Assembly: GCA_012295275.1 (NCBI GenBank) | Contig: CM022668.1 | Span: 3,286,001 to 3,350,000, forward strand | Length of the DNA: 64,000 bases | DNA from: Chrysomallon squamiferum | Taxonomy: Eukaryota > Animalia > Mollusca | Reading direction: 5' to 3' | Part shown: positions 44,501 through 58,897 of the stretch, in pieces | Layout of the letters: every line of letters begins with the position of its first letter | Position numbering within the stretch: the first letter of the stretch is position 1 | Notes under the pieces: generated by a model | Told to the model about the DNA's origin: nothing | Databases searched by the model: none | What the model saw: only the letters and a program-made list of their open reading frames with translations | Program-made: the position numbers and the translations under genes

Positions 44501-47500
44501 TATTGCCTCATTTGTTATACATCAATTAAGGAAAAACACAAATAAGAGAAAAAAGAAAACTGTAATGAAAAATTTCATGAAAGCAGGAAAACTAAAAAAA
44601 ATAAAATAAAAAGGATAATGGGTCAGGGATATAAAAATAAGATTAGGAACAAAAAAATAAAATTTAACACTGCAAAACTAAAATTTGTTGAGGTAAAAAA
44701 AAATGCTAGACAATCAACGGCATCCACATGGTAGCCGACACGCCAGCGAGCAGTTTAAGCACGCACAATGCGGGCTCCTGGCCCGTGTCGGTCACCTCAT
44801 CATATTTGCGGTCAGCATCTTCAGCAATCCACTTGGCTTCTTCCAATTGCTTTTCCAAGAAATCTATTCTCTCTTCATCCGCATTGGTGCGGCTTTCCAG
44901 TACTTTGCGACCTCTATGTGGGATGAATGTATGAAGAGTGAGTAAAAAAAAAAAAAAAAAATAGTAATAAGCAGCAGAGTATAAAAAAACTGCACTGTCA
45001 TTAGTACGCTGTGCTGGGCGCCACACAAGCGCTGAATGTTAATATTGGATCAGCACGGCTGAATCTAAAATCTACGCATTACTAATCATGGGTGCTTGAA
45101 ACTGCCATTACTGTCAGAATTAAAAAATATTTGTCAATTAAGAAGTTTTTTTTTTTTTTAAATAATTTAAAACATTGTTTCAATGATTTCAAAATCACTG
45201 CTCTGAATCAAATACAAAGTTAGTTAAGACAAAAATGTTATACATTCTTGTTTACTCAGATCGGAAACATGAAAATATATATATGTATATACGTGTGTAT
45301 ATATATATATATATATTTATTAATAGCAAAAAGAAAACAGATATGAAAAGCAATGATGCAGATAGATGTATTTTAACAGTAACAGCAGTTTCACACAACA
45401 ATCGGGTAACTACATCAGTATGACAATGACATCGGTTTTGTGTGTGTGTGATGTGCACATATTAAAGACAAAACACATTAGCACAACATATGACATGCAT
45501 GGATATGTGTCCTGATGGCTGAGGTCGCCCAATCACCTCATCATATTTTCGCTCGGCATCTTCTGCAATATATTTTGCCTCTTTAAGCTGAGCCTCGAGA
45601 GTGTCTATCCTTTCATCATCTGCCAGACTTCGACTTTCAAGAACCTTGCGCGCTCTGTTGGAAAACATAGCTAAAACAGTGAAGTTCTCTTCGAAAACAA
45701 ATTTTACTTCATATTTTCTACCTCAGTAACCAATCTAATACATAACACTGATCTGCAACAAACCAAACTGTGATTAATTTGTCTTTGGTGTGGAAATGAC
45801 AAAAGTAATATTCTGGAAAGTTGTAAAATATTTTTATTATTTGTTTTAGAAATACAACATAATTTCCAATTAACAAAATCAAATAACACATTTAAAATGA
45901 ATGCTATTCTAATTTAATTCTTCAGTGAGTTTTGCTTAGACATAGTGAATTTTGATTTAAGGTAAATTATTTAAGACAAAACCCTATGCTGTTCTAATTG
46001 TCTTAAAAATTTATCAGTCCAAGACATAGACAATATTTATAAGCACTGAAGTTTTTAAAAATCAAAATTAAATATTTTATAACACCAGAATAATATTAAC
46101 TGTCAGAGCATTTACCTGCAATAAACACTGTATTAGTAAGTAATAATCTCACCTTTAACCCTTTAGCTGAAAACAAAGATTATCATAGGATTACCACCAT
46201 TAAATAAAATCAGAATTGGAATTTTAAATATTTTATTACAATTATTATGTTTTTAATTAAACCTATTTCTGTAATAGTTTTAGATTATAAAATTTTTAAA
46301 GTGATTCACAATTAAAACCTTCAGCTAAAGTTGTTAAAGATGAAATATTTGCTGAAAAGGAAAGAAATTAATAATTAATAAAATTACACCTTCTCTTCTT
46401 CCTAAAACATTAAAAATGTTAAAGAGGATAAAAAGAAAAAGCAAAGTTTTTAAAAGCCCTTTCAAAAACAGGGCAGAGATCAAAGAATAAAGATTAGGTT
46501 TTAAAAGACTGCCACCATGCACATACCTCTTCATATTTGGTTTCAGCTTCCTGGGCCACCATTTGGGCCTGTTTTAGCTGACACTCCAGCTGGTCAAGTC
46601 GGTCCTCAGTGACCCCTAGTTTGCTCTCTAACATGCGACGGGCCCTGTGGTAAATAAAATACATGCAAGTCACACCATGCGTAACACTGGTTAGTATTAG
46701 TAAAAATTACACAATGTCAATAATTTATTTTTGTTATAAATAAATAAATACGAAACATTTATTTAAAAAAATTAAATGAATGCTAGTTTACAGAATAATG
46801 TTAGACAACAACAAATTGATATACCAGAAATCCCAACTATTTATGCTAAAATAATTCTAACAAGAAAAAGGTAAATTTTATTCAAAGACAAATATAGAGT
46901 TTATAAAAGTCAGTTTCATTTTAGCTACACTAATTACATACTGTAAATGAACAACAAAATTACTTTTATAAATCAAGGATTTTATTTAAAAATAAAGTAA
47001 AACTAAAGTATAATCAGTTAAGCTGAAAACTTATATCACAGACTGTCAGTGTATTTATCCAGTCTATGTTCATATTTTTTAATTATTAAAGTACATATAA
47101 AAGCATATATGCTTTACAGATGATCAGTTCATATGAGGTGAGTTTCAGTAATAAAATACACAATAATTTTTTAGATTTAACGGCCTGTTATTTTCTCACT
47201 TTGTTTATTTCCAAAACAAATTTTAAACCTTACTATTTCAGAATTAAATGTAATCCTGGCTAAGAATGATTATATATTCAAACTCATTTGGTTTCTAAGT
47301 TGAATAAACACAAAAGCCAGCCCCTTCAGTTGAAGCTATATAATAAACCACCTGTTTAGAAGCAGTGAGCATGTCCATGCTGTTTTACACTATACGTTAA
47401 TACAATATATGCAGTTGGGGGGGGACATGAGTGAAGCATGTGCAATGGACAAAAGTAAAGTCAGGTAACAACCTATAATCCTTAAACTCTTCTATAACAA

Positions 47501-50500
47501 AAAAAGTTGCCCAACCGTGAAATATCAGCAGTCCCCTTTAAGGCCTCTGGATTATATATTGTGCATACTGCTTAAGTGACCTATTTTCAAGTGGCTTCTT
47601 TAAGAAAAACTTGCAATAGTCATTTTACGATAATACGAGATTTTAAAAAGTAACAAAATGAAGTTTAGTTTATTTATTCAAAATAATAGAATTAAGTCTT
47701 GAAGTAAAAGAAACAATTATTATTTATGCTGACAGGTAAATGCTTACACTACAAAGCCCCTAAATCAGGACTGTTTACAATATTTCACAATCTGAATGCC
47801 AATCCATTTTTTTTCTGTTTCATTTTGTAGTTTTTGTTTTAGGGGAAAGGATGTTTATACAAATAATTGCATTTTTCAGATTCTGAACCATATTTAAGGA
47901 TCTTGTTTAATATAAAAATAAAAAAATTACTCGAATATAACTCAAATTAACACCATGGTTTGACCTGAGTTAAGCTGATATTAATTTAGAGGAAAAACTA
48001 TTGAAAACAATAAGATTGTTATTTATTTTTAAGAATAAATTTTAAAAGTAACAATTATGGATTTTACATAGATTGTTAAAACAACTAATAACTAAATCCG
48101 TTAATAATATTCTAAAACTAAATGTTAATAACAGTAACCCATGCATGTTATTATTAACACCAGAAAATAACTGATAGAAGAAAACTGTTTTCAAAATGAA
48201 CATTTAGAATTCAATAAAGAAAAAACAAAGTAAGGAATCTTGGCAGGAACAAATCTGCCTTTCCCTAAAAAAGTGTTTACTATCATCAACACTTTTTGTT
48301 TTTTAATACAGGCAAAGACCCTGAAAATAATATTTTAGTTCATTTTAATGACAGTTTTCACAATAATTCAATAAAGAGATTTCCATAATCATCAAATATC
48401 ATTAAATATTTATTATGTATGTCAAGTTAGCAGAGAACTAAAATCATAATTAAGTTCTTGAACATTTGTGATACAGCTGCCTAATATTGCCAGATTTAAA
48501 AAATGTAATTAATTAACATAAATTGTTTCTTTTAACTGTTTTCTGGTAATCAAATATATACACTTACATACACTCATGCATACACATTATTCTTCAAAGT
48601 ACATTGTTTCAAATACCAGTTAGATTAGTTTCTATTTTTATTATTTTCTTTCACAAAATAATGCAGAGCACTGATTTAAATTTTTGAAATCTTTTAATAC
48701 ATTTTGAAATGGTGTGAGCAAAGAATATACACTGGTTGATGTAAGAGCAATAAAGTGTCTATTACTGTCAGCACCGCAACAGGTATTACTGGCAATAATA
48801 AACAGTCACCCTAGCCATTTTACACATTTTGTTTTCATAATCATCTACACTGGGGTAGAAAGAGGTCATTAAAAAGGCCATTTAAGTCAGGAGTAAAATG
48901 TTATAATATTTACTTTTCAAACTGTTTTGTTTTCCATGGTTTTTAACTGGTAAATATGCAGGTAACATGTTCCCTAGATATTGGGTAAACAATGTTTATG
49001 GAGACCTCCAAAAAGCAAAACATTGATTTTTGTTTTAAACTGTACATAATAAATTTAAAAATAAAGGTATTAAAAGACATCTGTATACAAATGATTCTGT
49101 TTCAATCAGGACACTGTATTATAGATACAAAACAATACATATAAATATTCACACCCATACATACTAGCCATATTCAGATATTTTATATTAAACATCTGTT
49201 TATTTTAATATTATTATGTGTATCACCATAGTTTTCAATTTCGTTTTAAATTTATTCTTCTATTTACAACCATAATAATTTGTAAACATTTTATTTCTTA
49301 AAAATTCTTAAATCCCTTTAGCAACAAGTTTCAGGCCATACAGCTAATCAGATATTTAGTATTTTACGTTGTTTGATTTGAAAACTGATAACCTTATTCT
49401 GAAGACATGATGCTTGGCTTATGTGTAGAAGCTTGAAGCTTAGATAGTTAAACTTGTTTATGTGTTCTTATAAATGCTAATCATTGCTGGCATACAAATG
49501 AAATACAAGAACATTCCAAGTATACTAAATAAAAGTGTAAAGTTTTTAATACTTCATATTAATAATAATAATAATAATATGGTGGATGTAGTGAAATGTC
49601 AACATCAGATCCCTTTGAAAATGAACTTCTGTCATGTTAAAATGTACAGAAAAATGTACAGAATCACAAATGATTTAGCAGTAGCATTGGGAAAGAGAAA
49701 AATCAAAGAAACAATGTTTTGAAGTCTAATCTCATACACAATCCTTGCCAGACTTAACATGGTTTATTATGCTCATGTGACATGTACTTGAAGAACCTGG
49801 ATGAGGCAAATCACAGAAAACCATCAAATGCGTTAAAGGGTGTCTGATAATACCGATTATTATTAATTTAATATTTGTTCTAATTATAGATTTTTTTAAA
49901 ATGAATTGATAGTATAGCAAAGAAAATACTTTAAAATTAATATAGCTTTTGAAAGATCCCCCCCCCCAAAAAAAAAAACCCACATCTCTATTAATTTTCT
50001 GATATGCCGATTATTTTGTATACTATAATTCATAGTGGTGTCTGGATTGAAACAGATTATAAAAATGTCATGATAATCTGGATTAAAAAAAGACCTGCAA
50101 CAAATATTATTAATAATATACAGCTGAAAATGAATGTTAATATTAATAAATGTTGTAAAGCAGTATTTTAAAAATGTTTTACATAATAAAAATATATTTA
50201 TAAACAAGTTTATTACAATAAACCATTAAAAACAAATATTACATTAAATTTTATTAATCCATCAATCCATATCCCTAATGTGAAATAAAATTCTATGAGA
50301 TATTTAATTTTCTAATATTATTTACAAAAGAAATCTCCCCAAAAGCATGTAATGATATAAAATTAGCAATATAACCTTATTTATCTATTTCAAAACTACA
50401 TTCAATCAAAACTTATTGTCTTTTGCTTTCAGGCCCACGATTTCTTGAGAGGAAACTAAAATAAATTTTTATCTTCTAATTTTATGGGGCTGAGTATTCT

Positions 50501-51483
50501 GCCTCACCTCTCACTCTCATCTGCAGCTTTTGAAGCCTCTTCGAGTCGCTCAGTGGCAGTCTGCAGCCTTTCTTCATTCCTCTCCATGTCCTCCTCTAGA
50601 AGTTGTATACGTCTGTTCATACCATTGATTTCTGTCTCCATCTAAAGTTCAAAATAAGCAAACATTTGAAAAATGCTTCACAAAAAATAAATTATTAAAA
50701 TTATTTTTAAAAAAAGCTGCAGTTAAAACTGTTCTTAGAGAAGAAATTCTTAGAAATAAAAATTGCCTAATAAATATGTTTATACAATGACCAACAAGTA
50801 CAAACCTGATTCAGCCAGCCTCCTAAATAGTTAAGATATTTATATAGATGATGTCAATCAAAGAACTATAAAATGCATCTTTATGATGACAGAATACAAA
50901 ATAAGCAGGTTTCACAGGCAATCGTTACCTATTTATTTAATACATTAATATTTTTTCTTACTTAACATAAAGGGTATAAACCTAGATGAACTATGTTATT
51001 TATAACTGTCATTTTGTATATATTTAGTATTATTACCACTGTAATTTATAAACAAAATATTCTCTCTGCTTAACTGAAAAAACTCTTTGTTCACTTGGTA
51101 AATGAAGATTATGATACTGATCTTTACAGATGAGAACAATGGTTTATGATTATAAAAGTTTTCCTCTTTGCATGCAGTATTTAAATATATTATGAATTAT
51201 ACATTATATATTATGCAAGTTTAGTCAAACATGAAGCTAATACAGTAGTAACAGGTTAATACTGTTTCACACACACACTACACACACTGTCTTCCTGTTT
51301 CAAAATTTGATTACATGTTGGTATTACTATTTTAAATCTAAATGAACAAAATATATTTCCAACTGCACTGTTGGTTGTGTGCCTATTTTATTAATATTTC
51401 ATGAAACGTATTCAAATGATTTTAGTGTATGAAACCCACGAACATGTTGAATGAACCTGCTTTATGAAGAAGTATATATTATT

Positions 51484-51559
<76 letters not shown>

Positions 51560-54500
51560 GCAGTAACATTTATATATACAAGCTGATCAACAACACATTA
51601 GTGTCTGGTAACAATGAACTTAGTAGTTATACAAACACTTTTTTAAAAATGTAAATTTTTATTAGACCATTTGTTAGTATAATATTTTGTTTTTTAAATT
51701 AATTCATTTAATCATGATGTAGTTTGAATTATTGGGGCAATCAAATAAACAAAATATAAGTAAATGTACTAAATAAAGTGTTTAAAAAGGATATATAACA
51801 CCTCCAAATTGACAAGATGTACAAATGTTTTGCCTAAATTTGTCTACTGCTGCATTGTTTTACATGTAATCAGTACAATAAAATGACTGTCTGTTGTAAT
51901 TAGGTATCTCCAGATAATGAAGAACAAATAACCTATGACCTCTGAAGCTAGGCCACAGTGCCAGTAAACTGATGACCTTGGTATAGGAAAAATCTGCCAC
52001 TGCACCAGACCCGCTTCTGTGTTAAAATGAAGTAAAATACCAGGCTAACTTACTGAGGATAGAGGAAAAAATAGCAACTGGTAAAAAAATGGAACAAATG
52101 AAAAAGGCAGCTAGGAAAAAAAATGACACTGATATTATTGAGGGAAAAATAGAACTCAATATAATATTATATATTATTATAATACTTGGGATACATGATC
52201 TAGAAGTAAAACCTCTAAATCTGTAATTTAAAAATATTTGAGTATAAAGGATGCTGCCTAGATACTGACACAGATTTTATGTAATTGCTATTTTTACCAC
52301 TGTGTTACAATATAATACTATTTATTATTTTCTGTAACTGCTACTTGTAGATCTCTAGTTTAACATATTTGTCCTGCAACTTGAATTCATTCCCAGTTTA
52401 AAAACCACAGCTAGTCAGAGATTTGTAAGCCAGATATTCCAGAAAAATCTAATGAACACAATACCTTACTATATTCTAAAAGACATGTCAGTTTATAAAA
52501 CAAAGGTGACAGCTATTACAAACTGATAATGCTATCAACCACTGATGGATACTTTATTAGATATAAATAGAAACAATAATAATTTTAAATATTACTTTGT
52601 TGTTTCATCTTTATTATTTAAGCACCTTGGATTCTGCACAATTTATTATATGTAGAAGTATGGTTTTCTTGTTCATCAAATTTTTTTATCTTTAAGATGA
52701 GCATTAGAATAAAACCAGTTTCATGTTATAATTATTGGCAATAATACACTTTTTGGATATAATAAGGTCACTACCTTTACACTAGCAATATATCACTAAT
52801 TTTAAAAGGAGTCAAACTGCCCAATAAAATGGAAAATTGGTATATTCATTCCAATGTAACTTTTGGAATTATAACTTTTTTGTCAGTATGGATTTCACCC
52901 ATCCTTAGACACTGATATCTCAGCAAAAAGTAGGCTATCTTCATATTCCATCTGTTGTGGAATGGAAATGAAAAAATTAATCCAATTAATTAAATTTACT
53001 CTAGTACCATATTAAATCGATAACCATTTGACTATTTGTTTCATCTTCAATTTTTATTTGTGACCAATCTGAGACTGAAATAACCTTTAGTCAGAATTTT
53101 ACTCAGATTGTTAACAATAATTCTTTGTAAGGCAGCAATAGTAATTAAATCAGGCATACCTGAGGCAATAATACATGTTTTGCACATGAAAAAGAATAGT
53201 TTGATTTTCAAATGTTTTTATATTTTTCACCAATGGATTATACACACAGTAATCTCTACATGTTCAGTTATTTAAAAAATGTATTATGTAATGCATTCCA
53301 GTGTGTGTGCAGCAGACACAAGGTTTCTCAACTGTGTGTCCTTGAGGGATCAGACCAAACATTAAAATGGGTTTATCTGTTTTTTAATTGAATGAGCAAA
53401 ATATTTTGCATATAAAATTTAATGCAGATCCCATTAAGATTTCAAACTGACTTCATTCAGAATCTGAGTGAAAAGTAAGAAATCTTGTCACAAGATTAAA
53501 AAGTAACAAATATATAAGTTGATGGATGAAAAACACTGACAGGTATTGCAAAGTACAAATTACATAGTTTGCTTACAAATGGCTTCTCAGTTTACTCATA
53601 CCTCCACAAATCTGTCATTACCTACAGCCACCTGACACCATGAACTTTAACATTTAAATCTATTTCTATATACAGTATCCGAAATGTATAAATGTATTTA
53701 AACCAGTCAAGTAACACAGGTAATTCATATTAGAATATAATTTTCATTAAAATGATGTAAAATATGCTTACAAATAAAATATTTTTATTTTTAGTATATA
53801 ATTATTAAATTTTTTTAATAATAATCATAATCATAATAACAAAATATTGCATGGCTAATGAATTTTCACTTTTTTAAATTTAAATTTATTTTGATTTATA
53901 TACATATATCATTTTCTTTTTAAGTTCTGATTGTAACATTTACTTAAGGTTCATTTTGATTTAATCTACAAATACTAACCCCATATCATAACTTCACATT
54001 GCTGTAATCAAGCAACAATAAAATGAGTCATCTGATAGATGCATGCACAGACAGAATAACTACTTTAAGCACTTTAGCAAGTTCCCTAAAAAAAAGAAAA
54101 TACCAAGGATGGTTTTAGTAAATCAGTACCATATCAGACATTCATACAATGGATTATTAAACTTTTGCTTTTATTTATGGCCTACTGACCACTGGTTAAT
54201 GCCAGAATTTTTTTTTGTGTACTGTACTGACTGTTGTCTTCAGTAGCAACAAACAGAACAAAATGAAAAGTTGTCATCTATTATGCCAGGAGCTGCATGA
54301 TAAACATTTATAACTAGAAATCCTATATATAAATAAAGACAGATGTACAAATAATGCAAAATGAAACCTGCAGCCACCATTTGACTATTTACAAAGAATT
54401 TTAAAAATCAAAATCCATTTAATATTAGCAAGGGATAGTTTATATCCACCTTGCCAAACTGGAAATGATAGACCCCAGCTATTTTATAAATTAGTCACAT

Positions 54501-56562
54501 GAAGGTAGATGGATTTTGAAATATCACTATGATTAGAGGATTGTCATGTGAACCACCATAAATAAATTTCTGTAACCTGTTAAAAATGAAATGCCATTCT
54601 GATTTTATATATAGAATTTCAGAACTCATACTTGATTCTCTCTGTCCTAGTTTTAGAACTCCCATCACACCTGAAACTAATGCTTAATGTAAATTCTGGC
54701 ACAGCTAGGTCTGTTTAAAGAAGAAAACAACATATTCTGATATATAATAATACACATAGGAACCTGTATTCAGTTTACCAAATTACAAACACAAACTCAT
54801 ACTCCTCAGGCATTATAGATATTATTATATATTAATAAGTTTTACAAAATTATTTTCAAACAATAAAATATGTTTCCCAGAACTCCATGTTTTATAGTTA
54901 CATTTGGTGAACTACAGAAAAACAGCAACAAGTAAAATATATTCAACTAATGACTCAATAATTTATATTGCTTTTTTCTTTTCTTTTTAACTTCCATGGA
55001 CGTATTTAATGAAATCTTTTTTTATCTAATTACTAGGGAATATTTTATGGAAAATATATTTAAAAAAAATTCATTCGATTCATTAAGTTGTTTGCATAGG
55101 TGAAAATAAGCAACAGTGATAATGCTTGTCTATGTCTGAAATACCTAATTATTAAATTAGATGTATGTAGGTGATCTTGCCTACCTAAAAATAGCCATAT
55201 ATTATGATACAATAAATACAATTGTTTATCTTTTGTAAGTTATATGGTATTTTAAAACATATGCCGAACAAACAGACAATATACACTTCTTTGGTCTGTC
55301 AACCTCTATTCTTTAAGCTATAAATTAACCGAACTGTAAGTACAGCCAATTGAATTATCTACTGCTTATTCACAATTTAATAGCGTTGAATGTCTAAAGA
55401 TCGTCGAGGCCCTTACTAGGTGCGTCAAATGATTAATCAGTAATAATGTTACGTTCAATATTATGAAATATGCTGTAAATGCATTTATATTTAATTACAT
55501 AAATCAGGAAGATAATCATGGATGGGAGGAACGAAGCCGCCATCTTACTCAAATTCTTCCAATTTTTATGCCATCATTCTAAGTAAAACAAATACTGAAA
55601 TAGTGAAATACGTGTTCGTTGTGATTTTCACAACATGCACGAGGTTAGTAAATCTGCTGGACTTACAAAAGTAAAGCATGATATGAAACTTGTCACACAG
55701 ACCAGAAAGCAGGAAATTTTTAGGGGTGAAACAGATCACCTACCGCTGAGATTCGCTGATCCCGAGCTAGAATTTCAGATTTGTAATATTCCTGTTCGTC
55801 TCTTAATTTATCATTTTCTTCTTTTAAACTGTTCATCTTCAGCTTTAAGCCACTCAGTATTCCAGTTGATTGAGACATGTTGAATTGGCTCATAATTCAC
55901 GACACAAAATGTTCAATCACACACACACACAAGGCTAACCGGTCGACTCAAATCGACAAGCTGGACCAATGAACCACTTTAAAATAAATGTGACCTTGCA
56001 CGACAAATTAGTCCCTATAAAATGAGCCGAATTACTGTAGCGATCAGCAGTACGTTAGGACAATCCCAAGGAAATGCATATGACAATTCTTATAGAATGC
56101 TAAAATTTGAAAATTCTTAAAACAAATCTGTTTCTGTGACGTGACTCATCAAATATTTGTCCGCCTATCAGCGCAAAAAGACATGCAAAGGTGTATTCCG
56201 TCACGTGATTTACAATAAGGGACACCTGGCTGTTTTAATGTTTGACATTACTCCAGAGTATTATTTGCTTCCTTTTATGGAATATGTAAATTTGTCGTAT
56301 TGTTACAAGCGGAATTCCCTATACAACCGGTCCTTATTTATGTAATGTATTTTGACACGCCGGCAGGTGCATCAATTATAAGCTGCAAACACACTTTTAC
56401 AGAATTCAATAATATGACCTACATTTAGAAATAATATGTATCGGCGTAATTAACATATCTTCCTCTATCAAAAGCAGCCATATCCATAATGAAGTACATA
56501 AACTGTCTTAATAATTATTTTTCATTTAGGCCAGTATGTTCCAGAATTATTATTATTATTAT

Positions 56563-56594
<32 letters not shown>

Positions 56595-56848
56595 CTAGCA
56601 GCCGCAGTCGTAGTTAGTATACAGTATATGACTAGGGACATACAGTACTAGACCTTGTTGGTGTATAAGGTGGTAAACTTACCTCTTATTAAAATGAACA
56701 TAATACACTTACATCACTGGGTAGGGACAAAGAAGGCAAAGGGGGAAATTACAAATTGTAAACTTGAGTCAAAGACAGCCTTACAGTCTCATGTCAATGA
56801 GAAAAATAAAATCAGACTTCTTCGGAACTTAACATATTTTTGTTTATA

Positions 56849-56879
<31 letters not shown>

Positions 56880-57806
56880 TGGTCATGTAATTCAGTTTCT
56901 ATGCTGAGCCCCCCCCACCAACAAACACACACACACACACATCGAACCTGATGTGCCCTGGGCCTCCAAGGTCTAAATCCGGCCCTGCATTGGATATAAC
57001 TGCTATAAAATTTTAGTTTGAAGATTAACATCTGCATATGCTTTTAAAATTCATTTTGTTATAAGGTGCGTTGGTTGAAAATGTTTATTATAAAATATCC
57101 GCGTGAAAGTAACTTCGCTAGAAGTAAAACGGAGTTATTTCTTTCAGATAGTGAGAAGTATTTTCGCGTTGCATTTCTTTAACTACTAATTTGGAACAAA
57201 AAAGGCTCTTTTTTTTTTTTTTTTTTTCTTTTTCTGAATTCGTACATACATTAGAATTAAAATCAAGTGTGCTTGTAGTTTTTTCTTTCTTTCTTTGTTT
57301 TAGTAAATTATTGTTCAGAGGCAAAATATTTATGCTTTTTATTTTTCACAGTAAACGTATTTGTCTATAGAGAAATAGAGAAAGGTTATAAAAGGGTTTA
57401 TGTTTCTTCAAAGGAAACGTGTTACATATATCCATTATTAGAAACGATTATAAATATATTTGTTCCTTTACAAAGTTGATCACATAATATTATTACGACT
57501 TTCAAACCTCTCTCTCAGAGCATGTGTTAGAACCGAAAATCCACCAATCAAGATTGATACAATATTAATCTCGCATGTTTAACGCATTTTCTGTACGCTG
57601 CTCCCAGCCACCAACCGCAGAGCTGCCTAATTAGATACTCGTAATTTATTAGCGTACCATAAATGATGAATTAAAAGTATAGATCACTATATTTACAGTT
57701 TTGTTACTGATAAATTCAAACGCAACAGTTTAAGAGAAAAAAATAGCAGAGAGAAAATGTGAAAAAAAGAAAACAGAAAGACAAAATAAATATATACATA
57801 AATATG

Positions 57807-57865
<59 letters not shown>

Positions 57866-58830
57866 GGTAAGAAAATAGTTTTTATCTGAAAAACCTCGAA
57901 AATCTTTTCTCAGTTATAAATGATAGTTTACAGATACTTTCTTTTTAACGTTTGCAGAACCTATAAACACACTGATATTTAATTTATATTTTTAGCACTT
58001 ATATTGCTCAGTATGCAGGAGCACACGATCAGAGCATATAACGAGATGCAGCTGTCCACACGCAGTTGCGGCGATCTCACATTTCCTTTGCTGATTTGGC
58101 AGACAGATAGGTATGTCGAACAGACGGTAGTAACTCGTACATATGTCGTGGCTACCGTGCCAAAACATGGAATCTGCTTACAACTACCATTTACGTTCCT
58201 GTAGTTGCTAGGTAACAAGAGGTGCAGGCTGATTCATCAGTGATAGTGTGGAAGTTTTTTTTTTTTGTAAATAAAGTTCTGGACTCATATCAACTCTTTA
58301 TATATATTAATACATCTTCTAGAAATGACTTCTGAATACAGAATAACATTTTAGTAAGGTGGGGAGACGAAACTAACAGTTATAGAATTTCTAGTTGTAA
58401 ACAAATATTTGTTTGTTTGGGTTTTGTTTTTGTTTGTTGTTGTCGTTTTAGTTTATTTATTGTTTTTGTGGGGAGGGGGGAGCATTTATCCCTAAACATC
58501 GGTTTATAAATTCCTACACAATTATTATCAAGCAGTCGAATAATAAACTATACATTTTGGTTCAGATCAGATTAATCAACAGTAACATGAAAATCTATAA
58601 TGGTCGATCCTGTTGTAAAACCAGTTTGATATTATTTAGCTAATCACCGTGTTTTGAAAAGCCTGTTATTAACAGACCAGACTAGCGCACACATCACCGA
58701 CGCATGTATCTAATTTGTCAGTTTTATACTGACATCCTTTCAGTGCAATTATTATAATATATATGACTATGGACATACATTAGATGTAAATGATTACGTG
58801 TGTATGTGTGTCTGTGTGTGTGTGTGTGTG

Positions 58831-58897
<67 letters not shown>

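Noticed and set aside
56950-56990. CAGGGCCGGATTTAGACC-type MITE end
   Set aside because: Only ~35 bp with no partner terminus or target-site duplication; too little to call.
57979-58218. GC-elevated island as a fourth tropomyosin first exon
   Set aside because: No ATG-initiated frame ends at a phase-0 donor and there is no coiled-coil character; more likely regulatory.
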